Shown: positions 9,741 to 22,459 of the stretch, one piece after another
How positions within the stretch are numbered: position 1 is the first letter of the stretch
How the letters are laid out: each line of letters opens with the position of its first letter
Source: Selaginella moellendorffii
Taxonomy: Eukaryota; Plantae; Lycopodiophyta
Length of the DNA: 64,000 nucleotides
Assembly (NCBI RefSeq): GCF_000143415.4
Contig: NW_003314282.1
Span: forward strand, 221,700-285,699
Direction: 5' to 3'
Program-made: the position numbers and the translations under genes
Notes under the pieces: generated by a model
Database searches by the model: none
The model's input: the letters and a program-made list of their open reading frames with translations, nothing else
What the model was told of the DNA's origin: nothing

Positions 9741-11757
9741 ATGCGCTTCGCGGGGGTTGCGAGGAGCGCCAGGCACCTCCTGACCAGCAGCCGCTTTCTC
9801 TCCTCTACCACATTTGGCTCGCAGAGCGATGGACTCTTCCAGGGACGCTGCTTCGCCACGACGACCTTGGCACAATCATCGGTTTGGTCTCCATAGATGG
9901 ATTCTATAAGTTCTAACTACACCTGTTTTTATGTAGGCTCCGTCAAAGGTTCTTTTTTTCCGAACACAAGCGGACGAGATCACTCAGGTGTGTGCGCTTG
10001 CGAAAATGTGGGGTTTTCTTAGTGTGGAATTTCTTGCAGGAGGAGCTCACAGATCTTGTGAAACCATTTGGATCGATAAACAAGTTCATTGTGATGAGAT
10101 CAGGGAAAGATGTATGCGTTTTCGTTATTTCTCAGTTCTTTCTAAATCGTCTTGCTGTCGTAGGCACTTCTGGAAATGGGAGACGTAGAGGAAGCAAGGA
10201 GTGTTATCAAGCACTTCTCTGAGGACCAGGCGCTCCTGAGGTACCGCAAGTTCACATTCTGTTTGTTGTCATTTTCAAATGTGTTGCAGGGGGAAGGAAG
10301 TCCAGGTCGAGTATTCCTCGCGCCAGAAGCTGAGCGAACCCGAAAACCCCAAAGTCTGTGTGTCTTCGTCAGCCATACGTTCCTTGCGCTTATGCTTGTT
10401 CGTTTTCTAGGTGGAGGCTTCTCGGGTGCTTCTTGCCATCATTCATAATCCGCTCTATCAAATGAACGTAGATATACTCCACCAAGTTTTCAGCCCTCAT
10501 GGCAATATCGAGAAGATTGTCATCTTCCACAAGGCTGGTCAGTATCTTTTACCAATGGCATAGCTATTTAACAAGCCTCTTCGGTAGCAGCTGTTCAGGC
10601 ATTTATTGTCTTCGATTCCGATGAAGCTGCTGCAGCGGCCAAGTCAGCCCTCCAGGGACGCCAGATCTTCGATGGCTGCTGCAAATTGGATATTAAGTTC
10701 TCGATGTAAGTTATTTGTCTTGTCTTTCATGTCTGGTTTGATCCTTATCGTTTGCGTTTGTTGAGCAGTAATCAAAATGTTAGAGTCATAGCCAACAATG
10801 AGCTTACCAGGCAAGTTTCTGAGTTTTGCATTTCGCTTTCTTGGAAATTATAAGGAACCGGTTAAAATGAACAGGGACTACACAAATAATTCTTTGCCAG
10901 GGGATTCACAGAGCAAAACCTCTCCGCAGGCTTCGATCTTGGGTGCCGGCACTGCGTTTTCTACGATGAAGCAAGGTGGTTTTGGTGGGGTTAAACGAAG
11001 TCTTCAACTTCCTCTTGTTTTTTCCTTTCGAAATTTCAGGCTCGGTCCCGTTGTCGGGAGTTCTTCCATTTGGGGTCACTGGAAGTAATGACAAGTGTAC
11101 TCTCCTTGTTTCAAATCTACACGAGGTACTTGTGTGTTTTTTTTATACGGTATGGCTGTACAAGAGTGTCTTTTTCTCGCAGAGAACAGACGAAGAGAAA
11201 CTCTTCAACCTCTTCTCTGGATATGGAAGAGTGCTGCGGATTAAGATGTTTGAAAATGCGAAGCAAGCCTTGGTTCAGCTGGCAGACGGGGTCCAAGCAG
11301 AGCTTGCTTTGAACTTTCTAAAGGTAAACCTTGTTACTTGCTTTTCTGTCTCTCTGACTGGGAGTTTAAACTACAGGGAGCACCGCTGCTTGGAAGCGCG
11401 ATGGAGATCTCCTTCTCGAAGCACAACACCATCAGACACCCTCGTACTCGCGACTTCACAATGGACCCCTACAACAGATTCAACAGCGAGTACGTCAAGA
11501 ACTGCTGCCCGCCCTCGAAGATCCTCCACATCTCCAACGTGAGCGACGAGGTGGAGGAAGGCGACCTCTTAAACTTCCTGGCACCCCACGGCGTCATCCA
11601 GAGGGTGAAGCTCTTCGAGTCCACCAACAGGAGGCAAGCTCTGGTAGAATTCGACACGATCGAGCAGGCGACCGAGGCTCTCGCCTCCAAGCACAGGTCC
11701 AAACTCAAAGCTACCTCGCTCCGGATCGCCTTCTCGAGGTACCATGCAATTCGATGA
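9741..11757 (+). CDS. Polypyrimidine tract-binding protein 3 / hnRNP L-like, four RRMs, multi-exon, with a 47-aa N-terminal extension
   Basis: Spliced reading: APSKVLFFR...EELTDLVKPFGSINKFIVMR...EYSSRQKL; SRVLLAIIHNPLYQMNVDILHQVFSPHGNIEKIVIF...LQGRQIFDGCCKLDIKFS; GVTGSNDKCTLLVSNL; YNRFNSEYVKNCCPPSKILHISN...LRIAFS. These follow plant PTB3 RRM1-4 in order. Confidence 0.88.
10811..10874 (+). other. GC-AG intron in the PTB-like gene
   Basis: ACCAG|gcaagt...gaacag|GGACTAC restores conserved NNELTRDYTN. Confidence 0.75.
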
Positions 11758-12753
11758 TCGTGTAGCAGCGGTGATACTTCGATCACTAGAACAACACTAA
11801 GAAGAAGTAAGGATTAGCGAGCTCCAGTCTTCCTCTTGTCTTTGTTTGCTCTCTCGATTTTTCTTCTCCGTGTTCTTAACTTTTTAATGTGTAGCAGCTG
11901 CGATTCTCACCTAGAAATCTGCGCAGTAGCAGCAGCAGTAGCAGCAGCAATGAATCGAGCGCAAAAAAAAGCTCACGAGGAACGGCAAAAATAGTTGTTG
12001 GCCGGTCTGCCTCGATTTCGCGTTGACATGAAAACATAGTTAACAAAAAACACCATGGCTGGATCTAACGGTCCAGATTCGCACCGATCGGACAGCCCAG
12101 ATTGAATGTCTCGTTCCCGGCATTAATTCCGAGTGACATGTCGTGTACATTCTCCCTCTGCCAGCGTTTAGGGCTCTCGCTCGATCGATGCGCCCGAGTG
12201 GAAGTGGACGATTGGCGTGGGCCGCGGTGTTGCCGCGATCAATCGCTGTGGATTGTACTGGATGGAACGAGAAAGAGGAAAAAAGATGCCCTTCTCTCGG
12301 AAAAGAGGAACGTTTTGTTTGCTAGCAGCTAGTGCGTCCCTGATTTTCAACATTGGCCTCGCTTTTCTCTTTCCTTGGAAGCCGATCGAGAAGCCCATGT
12401 AACGGATTCCAGCTCCGATCGCACTCCGATCCACCGAATTTCTTTCCCTCCAAAGCAAAGCAGGGGGGATTAGAGAATTAGGGTTCTTGGCCGAGAGCAT
12501 TTAATGGATGGCGATTGGGTGAAAGGCGATGGATTTATTTCTGTGCGCTTACCAAACTCTGGCTGGAGAACACCAACTGACCCCCTTTCGGCCTATACAT
12601 TTTAAACAAAATCACAGCATCGATCGCGCCCTCTTTGTTCCTGGGCTGTTCTTTTCCGGTTTCTTCATCAAATCCCCTCTTTTTCCTCCGTGGATTCCAT
12701 CACTGCCACCTCAAAGGTTTGCGCGGCTTTGCCTAGCGCCTAGCCTAGCGGCC

Positions 12754-12756
<3 letters not shown>

Positions 12757-12789
<33 letters not shown>
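12757..12789. repeat. (GA)n microsatellite upstream of the ABCB gene
   Basis: Direct read of about 16 GA units. Confidence 0.95.
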
Positions 12790-12792
<3 letters not shown>

Positions 12793-13098
12793 CAAACGCC
12801 CAAAGCTTTCACCCCTCTTTTCCTTCCTCTCTTCCCTCCCCTGCTCTGCCAATGGCGAGTAAATTCCGGGCGGGATCCAGATGCTGGTGACAATCGCGCG
12901 ATCTCGGCTCTGCCCAGCGAGCAATCGGGCGTTTTGGAGCTGCCCAAATGAAGGATTCGGCTAGAATCGTCCAAGGGTAGCAGCTTTTTCGCCGGATCGA
13001 TCGCGAGAGGGAGAGAGGTGTCAGGGGCGTGTACTTTGCCTGCTCGGCCGATCAATCAATCCATCTCTCTCGGGCAGCATTTGAAATCTCTCGCAATC

Positions 13099-16000
13099 AT
13101 GGAAGAAGAGGGCGTAGATCACATCACGGAGCAACGGCAGGGGCTGGAAACCATCGAAGATCTCGACGACGCCAAGAAGGAGAGCACTGCCACAAATGGA
13201 GAAGATGGAGAGAGCCACTTGAGCAGCACGAAGAAAAAGAGGAGGAAGAAGGGGGAAGAAGAAGAAGAAGAAGAAGAAGATCGCAGCGTTCCGTACTACA
13301 AGCTCTACTCCTTCGCGGATGCCATGGATTGGGGGCTGATCTTCGTGGGCGCAATCGGGGCGTGCGCCCATGGAGCGGCGATTCCAGTGTTCTTCATCTT
13401 CTTTGGGAAGCTCATCGATGAGTTTGGCGCAAACTATGATAACCCGACCAAGCTCGGCCATGGCGTCTCCAAGGTACGTTCTTCTTCCTCTCTTTCTTTC
13501 CCATTCTTTGAGATCGATCCAATCTCCATTCTTAATTGATAGACTACTTCTTCCAAGCGAGTTTTCTATCGAGTGTTTCGAGAGCTTCTTTCGAGCTAAC
13601 TGCTAAGGCCATAGAATCGAAAGTTCTTCTCTCTTTTCTCTGTCCTACCTTTAGTTTTTTTGTTTTTCTTGCCGCTAATTGTGTGTTTGCTCGTGGCAGT
13701 ATGCTTTATATTTTGTCTACCTTGGACTCGCGATCTTGGTCGCAGCGTGGCTTGGTAAGTTTCCACAAAAACTTCCAGAGAAACACCAAAAAATAGATTT
13801 TTCCTGGAGAGGTTGATGGCGATCTTGATTGTGATTGCTCAAAATTCCACCTTTCGAGTGAAAGCTCTAAATTATCTTGTGTGGATCCAGAGGTGGCGTG
13901 CTGGACTTACACGGGCGAGAGACAATCGGCACGAATGAGAGTGGCTTATCTCAAAGCGATGCTCAGCCAGGACGTGGGATTCTTCGACACGGACACGACC
14001 ACCGGCGAGATCGTCAATGGGATCTCCAGCGACACCGCCCTTGTCCAAGAAGCAATCGGTGCAAAGGTAGAGTAAACTTCGATCGTTGTTCTTCCGAGAA
14101 CTTTGGAACAGCTCTCTTGATCACGCTAAAGTTCTTCTCGTTTGATCCTCCATAGGCTGGAAACTATCTCCACTACATGGCCAGATTTGTGGCTGGCTTC
14201 GCGGTCGGCTTCTCGTCCGTGTGGCAACTTACGCTCGTCACCCTCGCTGTTGTTCCCGGGATTGCTCTCGCCGGTGGATTGTACGCTCACACCATGATCG
14301 GGCTCACCACAAAGAACCAAAAGGCCTACGCGAAAGCTGGAAACGTTGCTGAACAGGTGATCAAGCTTGTTCCTCCTTTGGAAACTTGGAAAGCTGAACC
14401 TTTGATCTTGTAGAGCATTTCCCAAGTAAGAACGGTCTACTCGTTCGTCCAGGAGGAGCAAGCCGTGGATTCTTACGCTCGAGCGCTGGAAACGACGCTG
14501 GAGATTGGAAAGAAGAGTGGCCTCGCCAAAGGAATGGGAATCGGAGCAACGTATGGCTTGACAATCGGTGCGTGGTCGCTGCTCCTATGGTACGCCGGCG
14601 TTTTAGTTCGCAATGGAACCACCAATGGTGGCGAAGCTTTCACCACCATTCTCAACGTCGTCATCGCCGGACTGTAAGTTCCATCCATCCACCTCGAGTT
14701 CTCTCATTTCTTTTCTTCCAGATCTCTTGGAAACGCTGCTCCAAATCTCGCAGCCTTCGGCAAAGGCCGAGCCGCGGGATACACCATACTGGAGATGATC
14801 AACCGAAAACCATCCATAAATCTCCAGGCTCTCGAAGGGAAGAAGCTCGACAACGTCCATGGAAACATAGAGTTTGACAAAGTATGCTTTAGCTATCCAT
14901 CCCGGCCGGACGTCGTCATCTTCCAGGATCTCAGCCTCTCCATCCCCGCGGGAAAGACTGTGGCTGTCGTTGGAAGCAGTGGATCCGGCAAGAGCACCAT
15001 CATCTCCCTCATCGAGCGTTTCTATGATCCCCAGTCAGGTACGAAGAGAAGAAAGAACTTCTCGATCGTCCTGACGATAAATTCTGTTTTTGATCTTGTT
15101 GGTCGCCAGGAAGAGTGCTCCTGGATGGAATTCCAATCCAAGAACTCCAGCTCAAGTGGCTGAGGGGCCGGATCGGGCTGGTGAGCCAAGAACCGGCGCT
15201 CTTCGCGACGAGCATCCGAGAGAACATCCTGTTTGGAAAGGAGGACGCAAGCGATGGCGAGATCGAGGCGGCTGCCAGAACCTCGGACGCTCACACCTTC
15301 GTCAAGCAGCTCCCCAGCGGCTACGACACCCAAGTTGGCGAGAAAGGCATCCAGCTCTCGGGCGGACAGAAGCAACGCATCGCCATCGCTCGAGCTATGG
15401 TGAAAGATCCGGCCATTCTCCTGCTGGACGAGGCCACCAGCGCCTTGGACGCGAGCTCCGAGAGTGCCGTCCAGGAGGCTCTCGAGCGGCTCATGGTGGG
15501 GAGGACGACGGTGGTGGTGGCGCACAGGCTCTCCACCATCCGGAACGCCGATACCATCGCGGTTGTCCATCAAGGGAAGGTGGTGGAGTCTGGAACGCAC
15601 GACGAGCTCCTCGCCAAGGCCGAGTTCTACGCTGCTCTCGTCAAGCTCCAGGCGGCGGCGGCGGCGGTGGCCAAGGAGAGTGACACTGCTTCCAAGCACT
15701 CCGCCAGGTACGCTTGCTTCGCTCGATCCCCTTCGCAAACTTCGATTTTTCTTCTTCCACCAGGCACTCTCGCGGGAGTTCTTTGTCACTGTCGCAGCGA
15801 ACTTTCAGCTTCCGGGTGAGCGTACGCTCCGAGGCCGACGCTCACAGCAACGCCGAGCTCGAGGAGTACCACCAGCAGCACCAGTTTCCAAAGGCCTCGT
15901 ACTTTCGACTGCTCAAGCTCAATGCCCCGGAGTGGCCTTTCGCGCTGGCTGGAGCACTGGGAGCTATTCTTGCCGGAGCCGAGACCCCCTTCTTCGCCTA

Positions 16001-17803
16001 CGGGATCACGCAGGCCTTGGTCACCTTCTACAGCCCCGACCAAAGCCACCAGAAGCGAGAAGTCGAGAAGATCTCCACCATCTTTGCCATCGCCACTGTC
16101 GTCACTGTTGGAATCTACGTCCTGGAGCACTACTTCTTCGGCGTCATGGGCGAGAGGCTGACGATGCGAGTCCGGAAGATGATGTTCTCGAGTAAGTTCT
16201 TCCTGCCAAAGTTTCCAGAGTTGTTAACAAAGTTCTTGACGCAGATATCTTGCGGAACGAGATCGGCTGGTTCGATCGAGAAGAGAACAACAGCAGCTTG
16301 CTGGCCTCTCGTCTCTCGTCGGACGCCACCATGCTTCGTGCCGCCGTTGGGGATCGCCTGTGCACTCTCACGCAAAATCTCGCCTTGATAGTCACCGGCT
16401 TCGTCATGGCGTTCGTGCTGCAGTGGAAGCTGACGCTGGTTATCATCGCCCTCTTCCCTCTCATGATCGGAGCTCACATCACCGAGGTAGGAAAGAGCTC
16501 GTTGTTCTTTGTTGTTCTTCGTTGCTCTTCGTTCTCGCTAGCTGATCGACTTCGTAAACTTTCTTTCCAGCACCTCTTCCTGAAAGGCTTCGGAGTTAAT
16601 CTCAGCAAAGCTTACCACCGAGCAACAATGGTGGCGGGAGAAGCCGTCGGGAACATCCGGACAGTCGCAGCGTTTTGCGCCGAGAAACGAGTGATGGATC
16701 TCTTCAACCGCGAGCTCCAAGGCCCCAAGAGCAACGCTTTCACCCGTGGACAGATCACCGGCATCGGCTACGGCGTCTCCCAGTGCTGCCTCTTCAGCTC
16801 CTACGGCTTGGCCCTCTGGTACGCCTCCAATCTCATCAAGCAGGGTGACACCACCTTTGGACCCGTGCTCAAGAGCTTCGTTCTCCTCATCTTCACCGCC
16901 TTTGGAGTCGCGGAGACGCTATCTCTAGCACCCGATATCCTCCGAGGCTCGCAAGCGGTCGGCTCGGTCATGGAGCTCATCGACTACCAGACCGAGATAG
17001 ATCCCGATGATGGCGAGGCCAAGGAGATCAGCCACGTCCGGGGCGACGTCGAGCTCCGGAGAGTCTGCTTCAGCTATCCAACCAGGCCGGACGTGACCAT
17101 CTTCCGGGACCTGAGCCTGAGAGTCCGAGCCGGCAAGAGCCTGGCTCTAGTCGGTCCCAGCGGCTCGGGGAAGAGCTCGGTCATCGGCCTCATCAGCCGG
17201 TTCTACGATCCATCCTCCGGGGCGGTGCTCGTCGATGGAAAGGACGTCAGCAAGCTCAAGCTCCGATCGCTGAGGCAGCACATCGGGCTCGTCCAGCAGG
17301 AGCCCGCGCTCTTCGACACCACCATCTTCGAAAACATCCGGTATGGCAAGCCTGAGGCGACGGAGTCGGAGGTGGTGGAGGCGGCCAAGGCAGCCAATGC
17401 TCACAGCTTTATCAGCTCTCTTCCGAATGGCTACCAGACTGTGGCCGGGGAGAGAGGCGTCCAGCTCTCGGGTGGCCAGAAGCAAAGGATCGCCATCGCC
17501 AGAGCTGTGATAAAGAACCCGGCCATCTTGCTGCTCGACGAAGCTACCAGTGCGCTGGATGCGCAGTCCGAGAAGGTGGTCCAGCAGGCCTTGGACAGGG
17601 TGATGAAAGGTCGGAGCTGCCTAGTCGTCGCTCACAGATTGTCCACCATCCAGAACGCAAACGTGATCGCGCTCCTCCAGGACGGGCAGATCATCGAGCA
17701 AGGCAGCCACAGTGAATTGGTCCGGAAGATCGGAGGCGCCTATGCAAAGCTTGTCAGCTTGCAGCAGCAGCAACAGCACCACGAAGAACACCGCCTGGAT
17801 TGA
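13099..17803 (+). CDS. Full-size ABCB (MDR/P-glycoprotein) transporter, TMD-NBD-TMD-NBD, multi-exon
   Basis: [11 protein letters not shown] start. Two Walker A motifs ([16 protein letters not shown]), two [14 protein letters not shown] signatures, two [12 protein letters not shown], two [12 protein letters not shown] introns join the ORF pieces. Confidence 0.96.
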
Positions 17804-18069
17804 TTGGATGGTTAGAACGTCCAAGGAAACCATACAAAAGAAAAAGAAAAGTCACCTCGTATCATCACCTCGCAAGTTATCGCGCATAAAAGAACCTGTG
17901 GTCACGATCACGTAGAAGAACCAGAGATCCTAGCTAGAACCTCTAGAACAAAGATCATGAAAGAAATTTATTTTCCCCCAGGCCTCTAATATCACACAAA
18001 ACGATACTCACCAAGACATCCAGACTAGTGCAAATAATATATCTACAGCGGCTACGAATCGATCGACAC

Positions 18070-19235
18070 TTACTGGGATTCCTTGTTAGACCACACATTG
18101 TCCCAAGATCCCTCCTTTGGAAGAGAAGCGACGACAGCACCATCACCACCACCTTGCTTTGCCTCAGCTCCGGCCAAGGCTCTTGTTCCTGCCACAGAGC
18201 GAGCCTTCGGCGATCTCGGCCTGAAGCCCAACAGGCGCAACACGAATCGTGCGAGCTCCCCGTAAAGAATCCCAGCCCGATCACACAGCTGCGTAAGACG
18301 GAAGTCACACATGAGCAAACTCTTCACACTCGTTCCTGTACGTACTTGAAGAAGCGCCGTGATGAAAAAATGGAAAGCCTGAGTGTTCTCGTCAATCAGA
18401 ATTGCCAGCCGTCCAAAGAAAGTCATGACACCATGCAGCTGCGCAGAAGAGAAAAACAGACTTTCATCACACGCGTAGCAAAAAAAAAAAACAAAACAAA
18501 ACGAGAAGAAGTCGCCACTCACCACGGAAAGCATGGACTGCCAGAAACTGGGAGCGCGAGGAGGACCACCATACGGATCGTCAGGATTGGGAGCCATGGG
18601 ATTCCCAGCACCATAGCCTCCATAGCCGCCTAAAGGCCCTCCTCCCATCGGCATTCCAAATCCACCATAGCCACCACCAATTCTATTGTACATCCCTCCT
18701 CCTCCAAACGGGCTGCCACCATAGTTGCTGCCATATCCTCCTCCAAAGTAGCTGCTTCCATATGCAGAACCATTGTATCCATAGCCACCACCATTGTAAG
18801 CACCACCACCGTAGCCACCGACCGAGTTGTATGGTCTGTTGTACGTGCTCATCGTTCCATAGCTCCCATAGCCTCCTGGAATGCAAGAACACACACAATT
18901 GGCGAGGATGTAAGGATGGAAGTACGCTGTACTGGAAGAAAGAAAGAATCAAACAAACTTACCTTGGTTGCGTTCCCAGGGTCTCAAAGGCACAGCGGCC
19001 CCAACGGCGGTGGAAGGCTGCTGGGCGAGATTTTGCTTGTCGATCGTTGTGGCGGCGGTGCCAGAGCTAGCAATTGCTGCCGCCGTGCTCGTAGTCGGCG
19101 AGGAAGGGGCAAATGGAGAAGGGCTTGAATTGCCTTGAGATCCAGGGCGCTCCCAAGGCTTGGCAGGCGCCGGTCGGCCTGCAAGGAGAGAATCGGTGAA
19201 ATTCGAGGCGATTCCACCATACCTGAAGCAGCCAT
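18070..19235 (-). CDS. PEX13: Plant peroxin 13 (peroxisomal docking protein)
   Basis: Exon 1 MAAS, exon 2 GRPAPAKPWER...VPLRPWER, Gly/Tyr-rich tract, LHGVMTFFGRLAILIDENTQAFHFFITALLQLCDRAGILYGELARFVLRLLG, C-terminal GSWDNVW. Confidence 0.92.
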
Positions 19236-19788
19236 CTCCTAGAACACGAGAAAATCATGGAAATGTCATGAAATCCGGGGCGATCTCGTGCCCTCGCAAT
19301 GATCCAATCGAAGCCGCCGGAGCTCTCGCCCTCGCCAAGGCCTAGAAATAAGATTAGGGCTACGTGAGCCATCGATAAAACCAAAGGGGGCAAAATTTTT
19401 AACCCGTGGTAAAAGAGCGTGGTCTGTGTCACTGGTAAAAGTCTGGCTATGGCGTCGGGGAAGAGTAGTGTAATCCCGATCACAAACGCTCGAGCCTCAC
19501 TAACTTTAGGGTTTTAGAAAATATTTCGGGGATGAGATCGGGTCTGCCAGTTCGAGCGCTCCGGCTCGAGATCTGGCCCGGCGCTGCGCAGATCGGCAGC
19601 GATTCTCAGCCGCCTCGGCGTCGCGATGCGAGTGCCGTGTCGATGCGGAGGAGGAGGAAGGTACAGTGAAGCGCTGATTCCTAGGGAGCTAGAAATCCAG
19701 GCAGTGGCGCCATCGATTGGGCTGCATTGAGTAGATTTCGCGAGAAGAGGAAGAAATATTTCGATCGAACGCTAGCGAGCAGTATGAC

Positions 19789-22459
19789 ATGTCGAGAGAC
19801 TGGGATGAATCACGCTGGATGTGTGGCCCAGCCGTGGGACCAAGGATGTTCCTCAAGGCGGCTTCGACCGTGGGAGGAGGGCACAACACCAGCAACAGTA
19901 GCGGCATCGCTCAGCCTCAGCCAGCAGCACAAGCTCCATCTTTCATCGAGTCCGCAAAGGTAAGAGAAAAGAGCTCTTTTTGTTTTTTCATGAGATTTCT
20001 AGCTACCTAGTACTAGTCTAGCCTATGGAATGCGCTTTCTAACGCTCTGTTGGGATTGTAATCCAGACCTCGAAGCGCTTGAAGCCGGAGAAATGGAGAG
20101 CTGCCTTTGACAAGGAAGGAAGAGCTGTGGGCTTTCACAAGATTTTGAAAGCCATCGTCTCGGGGGTGAGTTTCAAAGCATTCGTTTTGTTTTGGATCTG
20201 GAAGTTTTTTAATGAATGGCCAGGGCCTTTGTTTATGGTGTCAGGGTGTTGATCACTCGATCAGAGCGGAGGTATGGGAGTTTTTGCTTGGCTGCTACTC
20301 GCTCGGCACGACTGCCGAGTATCGGCAACAGCTTCGTCACGCACGAAGGTCTCGGCTTGTTTGTTTTTTTTTTGCTTGTTTCACGGGAAATTCTGTTTGT
20401 GTAGGATTCGTTATCAAGAGCTCATCGAGCAATGCCATCTGATGCATGGAAGTATTGGATCAGGCACACTGGCGTATACGGTCGGCACTAAAATTATGGA
20501 CGTCCGAGTGACGTCCAAAAGCACCACTCGAGAAGAACACACCACTTTAAATGAGGTGGCAACGTCTTTCAAAGAGAAGATTGCTTCCTGGTCGGAGGAG
20601 CGCTTCCAGGCTGCACAGGATCTTGAAAATTTTGAGGACTCGAGAGAGAGCTTTGAGGAAGGAGATCTCCTCATACAGGAGGACTTGGCGCCGAAGAAGT
20701 CATCCGAAGCTGGCAGTCCGAGCGATGAAGGAACAGACTCGGGACCGAGTGAAGGAGAAGTCGATAACTCATTTTCTAACGACGACGGCAGCCAACTGCC
20801 TGATTACCTGCGTTTGCCCGTGAGAACATTGTTTCCAACATATGTGATGGATAGTACTACCAGTTCAACGAAGGACAGGACTTCAGGCGCGACTGACAAA
20901 GCCGAAAACAAAGACTTACAACTACATACTCTAAACGATGACGATGATAACTCAATTGTGACTATATTGAACGAGAACGAGACCCCGGAAAGTGCGAACG
21001 AGCAGCCAGAAGTTACAAATGAGGTGAAAAGAGAAGAAGGTGATACAACGAGATCTCCAGAAAAACAGGAAGACTTAAAGGTGCCGAGCGGAGGGGGGGC
21101 GTTCAGGGACGAGAAAGTAGCCGATTGGCTTTGGACATTGCATAGAATAGGTGAGAAAAATGCCTCTATGTTACCTTTGATCTCTGACTCATGCTTTTAT
21201 TTGCAGTTGTGGATGTGGTCAGGACTGACAGACACCTCAAGTTCTATGAAGACTCCAAAAACATGGCACGGATGTCGGATATCTTAGCAGTCTATGCATG
21301 GGTTGATCCTGCAACGGGCTATTGCCAAGGCAAGTTATCAACTTGAAGTGCGTAGACTGAAATCTTTCGTTTCTTTTGCCAGGCATGAGTGATTTGCTGT
21401 CGCCATTTATTCTGATTTACGAAGATGATGCTGATGCGTTTTGGTGTTTTGAGAGCCTCCTCAGGCGGGTGGTAAGTAAATTCCCTGTCTCCTCTGTCTT
21501 TTTTGCACACTGACCATTGAGTAGCTTTCCTTTACAGCGTCAGAACTTTCAGATGGATGGTCCGATTGGTGTCATGCGCCAGTTGCAAGCTCTGACCACA
21601 ATTTTGGAGCTCACAGACGTCTACGTTTTCAAGCACTTTGTCCACATCGGTGCCGATAGCTTCCTTTTCGCCTTTCGAATGCTGCTGGTCCTCTTCCGTC
21701 GTGAGCTCTCATTTGGCGAAGCTCTGTGCATGTGGGAGGTACGCAAGCTTAGATTATTTTTCTTTTGTCTCATCGCAGCACATATATTTTCCAGATGATG
21801 TGGGCTGCGGACTTCGATAATGGAATTTCCTGGGCACTGGAATACCATTGCCCGGAGCTCCTTATCGTGAAAGATCCAACACCAGTGGATGAAACGCTAC
21901 CGGAAGACGATAGCAAAGCAATGTCACCGCTTTACACTTTCCAGGACCAGTCACTAGACACCTCGCCGCTGGAGGACAACGATCGCGTTGGATATCTATC
22001 CAGAAGCCCGCTCTGTGGATTGAGAGCTGGAAACTTCTGGCCTCGTCACTCCCGACACAAGATACGGACCGTGAGTTCTCTGCTTGGCAAGACAGGCGAC
22101 GATGAACTCTCCGTCTTCGTTGTGGCCGCCATCCTCGTGCTCAACCGGACCAGGTTTATGAAAGACGTGCATTCCATGGACGACGCTATTAAGGTGCAGT
22201 GTTTTCATCTATCCCAGATTGTGCAAAACCTCAGCTTTGATTTGCAGGCCTTCAACGAGATCCAGATGAAGATCAAAGTGCGGAGTTGTATCAGAACGGC
22301 TATCAAGCTGAGGAGGAAGTACCAAAGACAAGTAAGTTCTTTCGCTTCCTTGAAATCTGAAGGGAAACAATGAGATACTTGCAGCTAGTCCGGCGTGCTG
22401 CTTTGGAGAACAAGGCCAGCGCTATACAACGCCAGAAGCAGCGCCATGGCGGTGCTTAG
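19789..22459 (+). CDS. TBC-domain Rab GTPase-activating protein (GYP7/TBC1D15-like), multi-exon
   Basis: LKPEKWRAAFDKEG, GGVDHSIRAEVWEFLLGCY, IVVDVVRTD (Arg finger), GYCQGMSDLLSP (Gln finger), FAFRMLLVLFRRE. Last exon ends LVRRAALE...HGGA* at 22459. Confidence 0.9.
21330..21382 (+). other. GC-AG intron splitting the TBC YxQGM motif
   Basis: TGCCAAG|gcaagt...ttgccag|GCATGAGT restores YCQGMSDL. Confidence 0.8.

Noticed and set aside
416-17485. Many antisense and alternative-frame ORFs over GC-rich genes
   Set aside because: Expected shadows of GC-rich coding sequence.
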